Source: Amoebophrya sp. A120 (lineage: Eukaryota; Protista; Dinoflagellata). Taken from it: a stretch of 64,000 nt of DNA. Of the stretch, positions 25,667 through 38,135 are shown one piece after another. The position numbers and the translations under genes were made by a program. Where the stretch lies: positions 7,818,771-7,882,770 of the forward strand of contig CAJINV010000004.1 in the NCBI GenBank assembly GCA_905178155.1, in the 5' to 3' direction. Position 1 is the stretch's first letter. Every line of letters starts with the position of its first letter. The notes beneath the pieces are model-generated. The model was not told where the DNA came from. It did no database searches and saw only the letters and a program-made list of their open reading frames with translations.

Positions 25667-26744
25667 ACTCGTCTACTTTTTGCTCAAAGCGCTTTTCGTC
25701 GGTGCGGTACAGACGTTTGCAGAAGGAGTGCAGAATTCCTTGTACAACCAGGAAGTACTACAGTTCAATACAACGGTGAGGAACGGTGTTTTTTGCTGTT
25801 GCATCGGCATAAACTGCTGCTGCCAATGCTCGATTTTGGTGCTAGCGGGGCGGTTGGTGTATTTCTTGGTGTGCTGGATCGCTTTGCCGGCAGGGACAGC
25901 GGTGTTGGTTCATTTGAAAGAACAAGAGCTGCTGCTGTACAACTAGAGGCAAAAAATATAATCGCAACTACGAGGAAAAAAACTCGTCACAACGAATCTA
26001 TTGACGATTATTCGTACCTGCTTCCCCGTTCGAAAAAAGCCGACTAGTCGTGTGTTCAATACTGTCACTGTAGAATGGATCCACCGCGTTGTGCGTGTCA
26101 ATACTGGTGGCCGCGGTTCGGACTTGAGCTCTCCACTACTCGATGATCAGTTTTTTGTTGTCAGTTTTTGCAATCAGCACATGCTGAAGTTCCTTAACTG
26201 GACTCCTCATTTTGAGTAGAAGTCTCGCGCAACGCGCGAACACTGTAAACTGAAAAACTTTATTGCGTAACTTCTTGTCGATCCTTCGTTGTCGCAAGTG
26301 ATTTTCATAAACTTTCCGACTCCGTAATTAATATCTCTCCGTTTTCAAAGTGAAAGTGTGTTGTTACAAGAACCTCGCTTTGTGTGGAAATTTTTTCGAA
26401 AAAGTTTAAGCGATCATCTGTTCATATTGGCCACTTTGCAAGCTTTACACTTTTTCTGTTCATATGTAGTGAGGTCACCGAACGGTTCTAACCAGGGAGT
26501 TTTTTTGACAGCTCCCGCGAAAAACGGCCGGCAGTTTTCAAGCGGCCGGAAGTGTTTTTGGGCATAAAAAATTTTCAATTATCAAGCGGCCGGGGCTTTG
26601 CCGTCAAACAAGCCCGAGCGGATTCTATCGATTCCCGCTTGATAAAACGACGCAGGGGAGCCGGCAAAAGGGGCGCCCTTCTGAGGCGCCCACCGCCTTG
26701 GTTTCTGCCGATTTGGGGCTCCCAAAAAGGGGCGCCGCAAAAAT

Positions 26745-27180
26745 GCCAAGACGAAAAAAAGCGCGAATCCGCATGGTATGGGCCCCATTTTGGTCCACTT
26801 TTGGAGGTCGCAAAGCCGGCCACCAAAATCGGGCATTTGTAATGCGGGGAGCAATCCAAAAGTTGCCAATTTCCAACAAAAAAAACAAAAAGCGGAAAGC
26901 CCGCCAAAAGCTAAAAGCTAACCCGCATGCTATGGGCCCGATTTTGGGGGCCCATGGGGCCGTGCTTGGTGGAGGCCCTGGGGTTGCTATAGCATGCGGG
27001 AAAGCGTTTCGATTCAGGAGGCGGCAGGGGCGCGGCTTTTCAACAAAAAAAGCCAAAGGACGCAAATCCCGCCAAAAGCAGCAAGCCAACCCGCATGCTA
27101 TGGGCCCGATTTGGGGGGCCTACAGGGCCGACCCTGGCTGAGGCCCTTGTGGGGCCATAGCGTGCGGGAAAGCGTTTCTC
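26745..27180. repeat. Degenerate ~155-170 bp direct repeats in GC-rich upstream region
   Basis: ccgcatg(c/g)tatgggccc..atttt/ggg at 26769, 26923 and 27091; gcgggaaagcgtttc twice. Confidence 0.7.
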
Positions 27181-27285
27181 CTCTGAAAAGAGCAAAAAGA
27201 CCCGGCGTCGTCCAGTCAAAAAGACCCCGCGCGACCTCACTACCCCCGCCTCGGCGGCTATATTTGGTACGAATATACTAAAAAA

Positions 27286-28803
27286 ATGGACTTTCTCGAC
27301 GCTATAAACGGCGCCGGCGACTTGGGTGGCGGGTTCGGCTCTCCCGCGATGCCGCCGGAGCTGCAGAAGGCGATGAATACTTTGGAAAATATGGACGAGC
27401 GGCTAGGGAAACTATCCGTACCCTTGCTGAAGCTCCAGTATACATGTGGGTTTAAGTCCTGTTTCCAATCGAGTTTGGAGAGCAGTTCGTCGTGGGGATC
27501 CACGTCATTTCTCGGTGGAGGTTCCTCAAGCGCAGCTTTGGACCACGGCGGGCACTACCAACTGCAAATATGTCTGGGTCTGGAAGACTGCGAGATTTGT
27601 CATGCTCGGCTGGCGTGACTCTCCAGCCTGTCATGCACGTCACCCTTAAGCCTCACTTTCCTCATGCAGAATGACGCAGTTTTGCTTTTGTTTCTCATGT
27701 AGAATAGACAACACGTAGCACGAGCTCGGCAACTTGTTATGCTGGAGCGTCAGTTGTGGCATTCTCAAGATTCGCCAACCAGCATCACAAGTGTCCAGAC
27801 CCAGACATGTTTCCATTTGATAGGCACAACCCACAAGCGACTCTGTCCTGCATTGAACGCTGCGAGGCGCCTATCAAAAGGAAAAGTCCCCCCTCCCCAT
27901 ATCAAAGCGGAAATCTGTGATGCAGATTAGTGGTCACAAATCAGCTCTGTCTTGCAGTAGTGGACTGCCGGCCCACATCAAGCCTGAGTGCGGGAGGTTT
28001 TGGCCTAGGCGCTCAGCGTGACAAAAGTCCATGCTGTAGGCCCAACAGCATCACAAACCGCCGGTATAATGCGGGGGGCCTTCTGGGTTTGCCTTCTTGC
28101 AAGACAGACGCGATTTGTGGCCACAAATCAGCATCACAAATTCCCGAAAATATACCTTTTCGGTATGGGGAGGGGGGATTTTTCCTCTTGATAGCGCCGA
28201 TGACAGAGTTCTCGCAGGCGTGCGAGACAAGGGTAATTATAGGATTTTGGCTTCGTGTTCGTCGTGTTGGTGCTTGGTATATTTTTGCATGGCAGAAAGA
28301 TTCTATGGTGCTCAAGTTCACATGACAAATAAATCCATTATACTATGAAAACAGCTCGACGGCCTGATGAACAAGGTGACGCAGTGTTTCACGAGCAACA
28401 TGGACGAGTCCGGTGCGGAGAAATGTGTACGTGATGCCTTGGGAGATTCAAACCTGCGACAGGTGGAGGACTACCAAATGCAGATATGTCTCGGTCCTCT
28501 GGAACCATGCAAGAACTTGTGATGCTTCATTTCGATTCTAAAAAAAAGTGTATTGTATGAGCGAGAAGAAGAGCTACTTTTTGCTACGTGGAGTAGGCTT
28601 TTCTCATGCGGGATAGGCATCAGGATGCCCTCAAAAAAGCTGTGATGCTGAGGCATGCATCACAGACATCCTGGGTCATGCAAAATGTGCATGACAAACC
28701 TTGCATCGTTCCAGACCCAGACATTATATTTGCATTGGATAACGGCGCGCTGAGCCTAGATGTTCAGAACATCTACCAGAAATACCAGACTGGGATCAAC
28801 TAG
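27286..28803 (+). CDS. FAM136A-like (DUF842) protein, 5 exons
   Basis: Spliced product: LLKLQYTCGFKSCF...SCIERCEAP|MTEFSQACETR|LDGLMNKVTQCF...AEKCV. The Cys pattern resembles FAM136. Three introners and a GT-AG intron 28233..28354. Confidence 0.6.
27556..27822. mobile_element. Introner family A (TAC start)
   Basis: Family A TIRs; direct repeat GGCAC. Confidence 0.9.
27872..28193. mobile_element. Introner family C
   Basis: TIR tatcaaaaggaaaagtccccctccccata ... tatggggaggggggatttttcctcttgata; direct repeat GCGCC. Confidence 0.92.
28472..28741. mobile_element. Introner family A (diverged, TAC start)
   Basis: Family A TIRs; degenerate direct repeat AGGAC/ACGGC. Confidence 0.8.
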
Positions 28804-29319
28804 TAGTAGAGAGTTAATACTCGTCAGCATGAGTAGAACCTGCTGCCGCTGACCACTCTTTATTTTGTCGCAAAAATTGTTGAAAAATGCACTTTTTGTT
28901 TTTTCTGTCTGATTTTCTTCTTCGACACACCTAACGACTTCACGCATCAATGCACTTTTGCTCGGAGATCATTTTCTCCGTGCATCTTGTTGCAGACCTT
29001 GCTGCAGTAGTGTCTTGTTCGCAAAGGAAAAGAAGTCCACCGGACTCTATCCTGCCCCGATCAACATCAAGCGAGGGACGAGAGCTGGGCGATCCAGGTC
29101 TGTGGGCGAGAGTGAATCGAAATATATTTAACGCGACGATAGGAGTGTAGTACTTAGAAAGTTGGGGTAGGGATTTTATAAACTTTTCTACGCGCAAAAG
29201 AAATTACACTCAAGGTCTCTACTCTTGAGCCGCCCCTTCTTTACAATCGTGTAAACTTCCGGACTTGTTGGATTAACCACGACGGTTTAGAATACGTCAC
29301 ATATTCATATTGAATTATC

Positions 29320-32056
29320 ATGCCGGAAGTGCAACCCCTGCCCAACACGACTCCCGACACCAGTCGGGAGAGCCCCCTTGTCATCAACTGGAACGAAAAG
29401 ACGAAATCTTGGAGCTGCCAGTGCCGGACGACCAACCAGTCCTGGCTGGAAATTTCCAGCAAGACCGCCACCTGGAAGGGCTCTTATTGAGAGGAAAAAT
29501 TCCCCCTCCCCATATCAAAACGAAATTTCTGATGCTGGATTTGTGTACACAAATCCGAGCTGTCTGGCTGGAGAGCATTGCAGGCCCATACCAAGTCTGA
29601 GTAGAGAGATTTTGGCCTAGGCACTTGGCATAAAAAACGTCAGCACTGTAGGCCCAACAGCATCACAAACCGCCTGCACAATGCGGCGGTTGTCTGCGGC
29701 GTTGCTTTCTTGCAAGACAGACACGATTTGTGACCACAAATCAGCATCGCAGACTTCCAAAAATATATCTTCTCAGTATGGCGGGGAGGGGGGATTTTTC
29801 CTTTTGATAGCTCTTTCGGCGACGTCTACGTCGCGGTCCACAAGCGGTTCGGGAAAGTATCGCAAGAAAGAGCTGTTTCACTGTGAACTTGTGATGCCTA
29901 GAATGGAGCGCAGAACTACTTGTCTTGCTACACCTGCAAGACCTTGACTCTTTATGGGTATTTTCCCCTTGGAAGCGCGCATGGCAAATTTTCTTTGTTA
30001 TGCGTAAGAAACTTGTGATGCAGATCTTGCAAAATCATCACAGTGAAGCAGTCTTTTCTTGGGATAAAAAGTCGCTCTGAAACAGTGTTTGCTGAGCGGG
30101 AAAAATAATGGTAACACGAACAACAATGTTACCGGTGGCGGGAGTTCTTCGAGCACAGCTGCGAAGAACTATCTTCAAACGGGTAGTAGTTCTACTACTA
30201 CCACGACTTCCCAGCTGCCACCGCAACCGGATATCCAGATGTCAGAGGAGCAGCTATTGACCTTTCAGCGCGAGTTATACGCGTTTCACGCGATTGAAGA
30301 AACCAGGAAGCAGAGGCAGGGGAATCCCCACGTATGCAGGAAAAAAGCTGTGTAAGTGTAAAACTGTGTAGGAAGAGCAGCATCACAAATTCGCTTTTGC
30401 ATTAGAGGCAGGGAAAACCTGTCATGCGCAGCGAGTACGTGGACACACGTATGAAAATAGCCTATCACGCAGATCCAGCATGACAGGTGTAACAGTTTTG
30501 CACTTTCCGCATCACAGATTTACACTCACATAGTTTTTTTCTTGCATAGCACGCGAACCTAGTGCAGTATTTTGGCACATTACTACCGGAGGCGACGGCG
30601 AACACGTCGGCACTGGGGCTGCTGATTGAGCTAGTCGACGGGAACAATCTGTACGAGCTCAGCACGAACGGTCAGTACAAATTTTCAAATTCGGCCAGAG
30701 TCGCGCACTCCCACCAGCTGGCGTCGGCGCTGTTGCACCTGCATGGGGCGGTGAGACTGGTGCACAGGGATGTCAAGCCGCAGAATTGCGTGGTATAAAT
30801 TACGACTTAGTGCTGAAGAGTTGTATTTGGTTTGCGCGAGTAGATGCGTATATTGGTTGATTCGGCATTCATAAGTCCATATAAAAGTACACATTTACAC
30901 CGTAAAAAGCACCTAGAAATGGAGATCATTTGCTACAACAACAGGTTTCCCATCGTCCGACGGATCTTCCCATCTACGGCTTTCCCTACATGCAAAATAC
31001 AAATCTCGCCGATGGGAATTACTACAACGCCCTGAAAGTCTGTGATTTCGGAAAAACGCTCGAATTAATGCCGCCACGAAGAACATCAGCGATGTTGACC
31101 ACTTCCGGCACTACTAGCAGTCCGAGTTTAGTACAGACTTCAACATCTTCATCAGCTCCAGCACCTTTGTACACTGCATTTATCAAAGAGAACGGCGGCT
31201 CTCCGCGGTACATGCCGAGGGAGGCTTTTCAGCAAAACAGTTTCATCACGGAGCGGGTGGATTCTTACGCGTTTGGGTGTTTTCTCCTGGAGATTTTCAC
31301 GCAGAAAGTGCCCTTTCCGGACGTGCAGAACTTGCACGAAATTACGCAATATCAAATGTAAGAATGTCTGGGTCTGGAAGAATGCCAGATTTGTCATGCC
31401 AGTCTGGCATGACGCGATAGTCTGTGTTGCATGGGCACGAAAAAGCCCTCTTACCTGTCATGCAAAAACGCAGTTTGCCATGCGGAATACGTAAGAGATG
31501 GCAGCCAAAAAATTTGTCATGCATAGCTGCGTATTGCAGTGCGTCTATCATTCATTTGTAGCATTACAAGTTTCCAGACCCAGATATTTTTGCAGTTCAT
31601 ACGGAAATGATCACGGGACGGATGGGCGCGACGCCACCGATTCCAGTGGCGCAGATTATCAAATGCAAAAATGTCTGGGTCTGGAAGATTGCGAGATTTG
31701 TCATGCTTGTCCGGCATGAGCAAAAGCTTTGTGATGCGTGTCCAAGAAGACACCCTTTTGTCTGTCATGCAAAAACGCAGTTTGCCATGCGAAAAACGCA
31801 ACACAGAGAAGCGCAGACATTTCTTATGCTTGCCTGTGCATTACAGAGCATTCACTATTCCCGACGCAGCATTACAAGTTTCCAGACCCAGACATATTTG
31901 CATTTGATACAGATACCAGGGAGTCTCTTGCCCTTGTTGCAGCAGTGCTTTCGGCTCCGGCCAGAGGATCGGCCGTGCATGGCGGAGGCGGTCTATTGGA
32001 TTAAGGCGAGGTGGACGGAAATGGTTTCCTCGGCCCCTGTAGTGCTGGGAAGCTGA
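29320..32056 (+). CDS. Protein kinase, TKL/Raf-like, 7 exons
   Basis: After splicing: KGS|FGDVY...GK|VALK, H|ANLVQYFG, HRDVKPQN, KVCDFG, GGSPRYMPRE, DSYAFG, CFRLRPEDRP. Five introners and a GT-AG intron 30793..30944. Confidence 0.88.
29485..29809. mobile_element. Introner family C
   Basis: Family C TIRs; direct repeat GCTCT; inside the kinase Gly-rich loop. Confidence 0.92.
29858..30066. mobile_element. Introner family D
   Basis: tatcgcaagaaagagctgtttcactgtga ... tcacagtgaagcagtcttttcttgggata; direct repeat GAAAG/AAAAG. Confidence 0.9.
30333..30548. mobile_element. Introner family F
   Basis: tatgcaggaaaaaagctgtgtaagtgtaaa ... tttacactcacatagttttttcttgcata; direct repeat CCACG/GCACG. Confidence 0.88.
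31350..31601. mobile_element. Introner family A
   Basis: Family A TIRs; direct repeat CGCAA/CGGAA. Confidence 0.9.
31657..31909. mobile_element. Introner family A
   Basis: Family A TIRs; direct repeat CAGAT; very similar to the copy at 33501. Confidence 0.92.
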
Positions 32057-32560
32057 CGACACTTGTTTTATTTTCCAAAAGTAAGAGATGACAAAAAACC
32101 CAAATGCAAATTTAAAAAGGTTAAGATTAGGCTAGTAAAAAAAGCATTATTTCCCGAAGTCCGCCGCGACGAGGCAGTGGTTCTGTGTTGCAGCAGGTAT
32201 AGTTTGATGAACAAACAGAATTGCCTTCTCTGTTTCTCGTTCTGCGCCATTCCTTTGGTGCACGGCATCACCACGCAGAGGGCCAAGGAGAGAAGTAGAG
32301 ATAGGATAAAAAAAAACAGGAACCGCGAAGATGAAGAACACAAAAAGAGCGTCCTCGTCGTGGAGCACAGTTTTTTTTGACGATGTTGAGACGAGGGAGC
32401 CAACAACATAGTGAGGAAGGTGGAAGTAGTACCTGAACAACTTAGTGAGGAAATCGTTTTAATACACTTGGACGAACTAGCACCTGAACTTGCACTCTTT
32501 CCATACTGAAGTAAAATGATTTCAGAACGTGGTCGCACGCGACACAATTAGCCCAATATA

Positions 32561-35500
32561 ATGACGGTCGAAGATGATCACCGAAGCGCAGCAGGAATTA
32601 CCTCCAGCACGGAGGTCGACCTGCTGGAGCACGAGCGGTACCGGCCGTTTATGCTCAACTCCCTACCCATGCTCTTCGTCGTGACCTCGTTCTGGTTCTA
32701 CTTTGGGCTGGCCTACGCAACCTACCTGATGTTTCTCGTGCCACTGGAGGCGATGCGGCTGGCGCCGAACAACCAAATCATGTTTCTTTCTTTAGAGAAA
32801 ATATCCTGTGCAAAAGTATCGTACTCGTATTGCAATCATGCATATACAAATCTTTCTCTTAAGGTAAATCAGCATTACAACTTTTATCTCTCATGCTGAG
32901 GAAATTTGTAATGCATTTTATACGAGTGCGATACTTTTGCAATTCATAGAAAATGATGTACGGCGTCTCGCTGATCACCGCGCCCTTCTTCGGGCGCTTC
33001 AGCGACGAAACCGAATCGAAATATGGGAAAAGGCGGATCTGGATCTTCTTCGCCTGCGTTTTGATTCTGATCGGGAACCTCGGTTGCGCGGTGGCTTCCG
33101 TCGCGTTGGACACGCCACTTTGGTTCTTCTGCGTGCTGCTCGCGATGCTCGGGAAGCACATGGCCGGCGCGGCGCACTCGGCGATCTTGGCAGACTTGGT
33201 ACCGATATCGCAAGAAAAAAGTGTTACAGTTACACATTGTGTTGCAGGAGCCGCAAGACAGACAACCTTTGTCATGCAGGAAATGCTTGCGAGCCTCGTT
33301 TCCTACGTATTTTCCCTTATGATCTCTGCATTACAAGTTTTGTCTCCCAAACAGAGAAAATTTGTGATGCAGAAACTCCAACAAGTGTGTAACTGATACA
33401 CTTTTTTCTTGTGATAACCGCGGACGCATTCGGGGACCGCGGCGGCGTTGGTGCAGGTCCAGTGCGGAGCGGGGGCGACGTTTGGCTTTGTGGGGCAGTT
33501 TATCAACTGCAAGAATGTCTGGGTCTGGAAGATTGCGAGATATGTCATGCTTGTCTGGCATGACCAAGAAGTTTGTGATGCGTGTCAAAGAAGAGACCCT
33601 TTTGCCTGTCATGCAAAAACGCAGTTTGTCATGCGAAACAGGCAACACAAAGAAGCGCAGACATTTCTCATGCTTGGCTGTGCATTACAGAGCATTCACT
33701 ATTCCAAGCGCAGCATTACAAGTTTCAAGACCCAGACATATTTGCAGTTGATACAGTTTCTGGGGTTGTCAAGACACGGGGTGTACTGGGTGTACCTGTT
33801 CAACAGCGCTGTATTAGTCGTCGTCTCCCTCGTGTTTTTCGCCGTCATCGGAGAACCGAGTTCCATCGGGCTTGGGCGCAGCGGGAACACAGCTGAAGTT
33901 TTGGACGAGGAGGTGGACGAAGATGGTGTTCTAGCAGCTGCTGCAGCAACTAAGGAAAGCTACAAGCAACAAACCTCCGACAAAGACAGAGCCGTGGTGG
34001 CGGTGCCCGAAGTAGCTGAAAAGGAGCGACTATTGGGGAAAAGAAATCGAACCAGCGACTCATTTTGGAACAAAAATTCAGAGAACACCTCCGCAGCACA
34101 GAAAAAAAAGCCTTCTTACAAGAACAGTACGAGTACAACGAAGGAAAATAAGCAGCGCCTCGGGATGTTCTCCCTACTGCAGCTAATCCTCACCGCCAGC
34201 CCAGACTACGCGTCCCAGACCTATGCAAGGTTCCTGTACTCCTGCGCGACGGCATCGATTCCGCTGATTCTTTTCTGGCTCCGGGATGTCGCGGAACTGA
34301 AAGACCGGGCGGATGCAGCGGAGCTGACCGCGCAGGTGTCCATCGTCGCGCAGCTCGGCGTGGTGTTTATCACAAGGAAAAACTCACCTCCCCATATCGA
34401 AAAGAAGAATTGTGATGCTGATTTGTGACCACAAATCAGCCTTGTCTTGCGTACAAGGCAAACGGCGCCCATGTGGCGCATTGTGCAGCAAGTCTGTCAT
34501 GCGGTTTCGCCTATGTCAGACTTGTTTCTCATGCTCAGCTGCTACTCAGCTGCTAGCCGGATGCATACCCAAATGCGCTTAGAATATGGCGACAAGCTCT
34601 TGCTGCAATACAAAGCTCATTTGTGTACACAAATCCAGCAACACAAATTGTCTTTTGAATATGGGGTGGGGGCTTTTTTCACTTTGATAGTGTTGGGCTC
34701 GTTACCGTTTGTGGTGTTTGGCGACAGCAATAGTTCCGCGGAAATGAAAAGGAGTAGAACGGCTAGCAAGGAGGTCGTGGAAGAACATCTTCAAACAGGG
34801 ACGATGATGGGTACGAAAAATTATAACGAAGATGTGGACTCCGAGTTGGAGGACGAAGCTGGTGGAATGTTGACGGAAGGAGTGGCAGCGAGTGCACAGC
34901 AGGGAGGAACTACTACTTCTACTGCTCCTGCGGCCCCTCATCTACTAGCTGGCGAGAAGTACAGTGCGCGGGGACATCAAATGCGAGGAGTAGTATCTTC
35001 TGGACGGGAAACTACCTCCGGGGCGGATGCTTCTTCATTACATCGACTACCGGAGGACGATATTAACCTCGTTCAAAGCAACTTTCATACAGAAGGACAG
35101 CACCTCCAAGCGCCGGCATCTGGCACAGCAGGGGTTGCAACGGGATCGTCTAGTAGTATCCATTCTACGTGTATCCCACGAAAAAACTGTTTCACTGTGG
35201 TGATTTTGCAAGATCTGCATCACAAGTTTGTTGTACATGACACGGAACATTTGCCGTGCGCGCTTCCCAAGAGAAAACACGCTTTAAAATCCAATCTCTT
35301 GCAGGTGTAGCACGACAAACACTTTGGTGCTTCGTTCTCTGCATCACAAGTTCACAGTGAAACAGTTTTTTCTTACTTGCGATAACGTGGTCCACCACGC
35401 CCGACGTTCTGGAGAAGCAGGAATTTCTCGAGTCCGTTAGTAGGAGCAAGAAGTGGTTCTTACTCGGCTGTTGGATGCTGTTGGTCATGTTTATTGGGTT

Positions 35501-37765
35501 AAGCAGCTCGAGCTTCGTGCAGAATTCCAAAAACTCCAGTTTGTTTCTATAACCTGCTCATCTGTTACAATCTCAAACGTTACAATAGAGTCTCGGTTTT
35601 GTATTGCATGATGAGCATGACAGACTCGGACAGCATTCCACTTTCTGCAATACAAATTTCGCAAGATTGTAGTGCGGATTGGGACTCCAGAATTTGTCAT
35701 GCGCAATCCTATTAGAGTTGGCTAGCGAATGCACTTCTTGCATCACAAAATCCAGATTCTATTGTAACAGTTGAGATTGTAACGTCTGAGCCGGTCATAG
35801 TTTCTCCCGCTGTTGTTCCTCGGCGCGGCTCTGTACGGGGCAGGCAGCGGCACCACCGGCGCGGGGGATTTGGCGCTCGCGTTGGGGATACGACCGTCCA
35901 AAATCACGAATGGAATCGCCTTGTCGTCCTACATCCCAGTCGCGACGTACGGGATGGTGTTTGGCACCTTGGCGTTTGCGTTGATTCAGGGTGTTTTCCC
36001 GATTGACGATGGGGATGGTAGTACTGGAAGCAAATTTATCGCTTACGAAAAACTACGTGTTTCACTGAAAGGATGTTGCAAGTTGTTCTTTTGCATCACA
36101 AAATTGTTCTACATCATAGCAAGAGAAACACTTCTCAGATACATTTTCTGCATATACAAGTTTACAGTGAAAAAATTTTTCTCTTGCGATAAAATTGCTG
36201 GCGCTGACAGGAAGCGACAGCACGAAGACCAGGAGGTCATCCTCTTACACGACGGCTGATAGTACTGTAGGTTCTACTCATCTTGACGTTGACACGAATT
36301 TTCTGTTGCTGAAAAGGAGAAACCTGCGGAGGTCCTCTTACTTTCGCGAAACTGGGACGAGGAGAAGTCATACCAGTAGTAGTGCCTCACCAACACAAGA
36401 TGATCATTACGAAGAAAACGTGAACAACGTCTTCCAGCCGATCGGCCACGAGGCGATTATCAAGTGCAAAAATGTCTGGATCTGGAAGAGTGCATGTTTG
36501 TCATGCTTGTCTGGCATGACTCTTAAATCTGTCATGCACGTTACCCAAGAGCTCCATTTTTCATTTTCTGTGATGCAGAAACGCAGAATAGGCAACACCT
36601 AGAAGCTCAGAAACTTGTCATGCTGAGCCAGCATTTGTGGCCTCATCGTGAGACGCCACCCAGCATCACAAGTTTCCAGACCCAGACACTTTTACATTTG
36701 ATAGCGATGCACAAGGCTCAACGTCATTCGAAGATTTTCGAACCAGTTCCGGAGGTTATGAAAGTGCACACCTCGTCCCCCTCCCCCTCATTTGTCATGC
36801 AAAATACCAAATCCAGCCTTTTCCCTTTGGCACTGCTTGCATAATAGGTTCATTCGGAAGCCGAAACACCACTAGAATCGGAGGTCGCGAATTATTTCTC
36901 ATGCAAAAGCTGCATTTATGCCATCACTTGTGTTGCTGCTTATGCGTTTTAAATGCAGGTCGAGTGGAAGTTGTGCACTCTCATAGAGGTGGGGTGGGAT
37001 CCGGATCTAGAACAGGAAGATGACAACGACGCTGGAGTGAATAACATAGGAGATGAGAAACAAACAAAAACCCTGATGAACGAAGGTGATGAAGATACAA
37101 ACCCCGTACTAGAGGACGATTCAACTGCTACGACACCCGCCCCCACTACCACGACCGCGACAAGCAGCCACATTTCCTGGAAGAACCGGGTAACGAAAAA
37201 AGAAGGCTACGTGGCCACCTACTTTGCCGCGGCGCTGTTTATCGTCGCGGCTATGTTCTTTACGCACAGCATCAACCTGCGCCGGGCATGGAAGACCACG
37301 TTGGAGTACCAAATTTCGAAACAACGAAAGAACAATTCTGCGGGGATATCCTGTGTAAAAACGTCCCCACCCCAGAGCTGTAATGCAAATCTGCATGCTT
37401 AAAATGTTTCTCATGCGGAGAGGACACATCAGAGACGTTTCCTAGTGATGATTTGAAATTTGTCATGCTCGAATCAGCATGAGAAACTGGACCTGTGATG
37501 CTGCTCACTTTGCTGAACAGGATTGCACTACGAGGCCAAACTTGTCATGCGCAAAAGCCAGCACCGCTTGTTGATTTGTCTAGCAGAATTGACTATGGGG
37601 CGCGGACGTTTTTGCACAGGATAAGGGGCGGAAGCGGTGGCGGAGCCCTTGGAGCAGGAGGAGGAAACGATCGTAGTAGAGGAAACTGGAGGAGCACCGC
37701 CCAGGATAGATGGAGAAGGAATTCTGGCCGGTGCTAGCGGGGGTGGGAAGAAGTCAAAAATGTAA
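32561..37765 (+). CDS. Major facilitator superfamily transporter, 11 exons
   Basis: Many hydrophobic segments; MFS motif A-like GRFSDETESKYGKRR; AILADLVP. Nine introners plus GT-AG intron 36755..36958; stop 37763-37765. Confidence 0.8.
32802..32948. mobile_element. Introner family B
   Basis: Family B TIRs; direct repeat GAAAA. Confidence 0.9.
33206..33416. mobile_element. Introner family F
   Basis: tatcgcaagaaaaaagtgttacagttacac ... gtgtaactgatacacttttttcttgtgata; direct repeat ACCGA/ACCGC. Confidence 0.9.
33501..33753. mobile_element. Introner family A
   Basis: Family A TIRs; direct repeat CAGTT. Confidence 0.92.
34368..34689. mobile_element. Introner family C
   Basis: Family C TIRs; direct repeat GTGTT. 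Confidence 0.9.
35172..35384. mobile_element. Introner family D
   Basis: Family D TIRs; direct repeat ACGTG. Confidence 0.9.
35548..35799. mobile_element. Introner family H
   Basis: tataacctgctcatctgttacaatctcaaacgttacaatag ... ctattgtaacagttgagattgtaacgtctgagccggtcata; direct repeat GTTTC. Confidence 0.9.
36037..36191. mobile_element. Introner, short D-like
   Basis: tatcgcttacgaaaaactacgtgtttcactg ... cagtgaaaaaattttctcttgcgata; direct repeat AAATT. Confidence 0.85.
36458..36703. mobile_element. Introner family A
   Basis: Family A TIRs; direct repeat GCGAT. Confidence 0.92.
36755..36958 (+). mobile_element. Family G introner relic now a canonical GT-AG intron
   Basis: Left TIR and body match the reverse complement of 55918..56143; right TIR absent; flanks GAGGT/CAGGT. 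Confidence 0.8.
37347..37623. mobile_element. Introner family E
   Basis: tatcctgtgtaaaaacgtccccacccc ... ggggcgcggacgtttttgcacaggata; degenerate direct repeat GGGGA/AGGGG. Confidence 0.87.
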
Positions 37766-38026
37766 AACTAGTATACTGTTATCCTTATCGGGTGGAATGT
37801 TGCAAAATGTTTGATTACTTATTTTATTCTAGATGGCATTTACATTTTTGCCATGTTCACATGAAAGAAGATAAAACACTGCTTACCAAGTAAAAAGGTG
37901 ACAGGCTCCAGTGTATGATTAAAGTAAAAAAGCATCTCTGAATTCTCATAGTCACCACACAACTTTTTTCAAGAAATGAAAAGCAACAAGCATGTTCCAC
38001 CCGGCGACTAGCTGCTGCAGCCGAAG

Positions 38027-38135
38027 TAGCAGCGTGCAAGAACCAGCAGAGAGAGCTGCGATTTTGCGTTTCTTGCAATGCAGATTTTGTTCGTCCCACG
38101 AAATCAAGTCTCCGCGACGCAATGAAAATTGTTCC
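38027..38135. repeat. Dispersed ~110 bp intergenic repeat, copy 1
   Basis: gcagcgtgcaagaaccagcagagagagctg...tcaagtctccgcgacgcaatgaaaattgttcc; matches 40885..40992. Confidence 0.8.
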
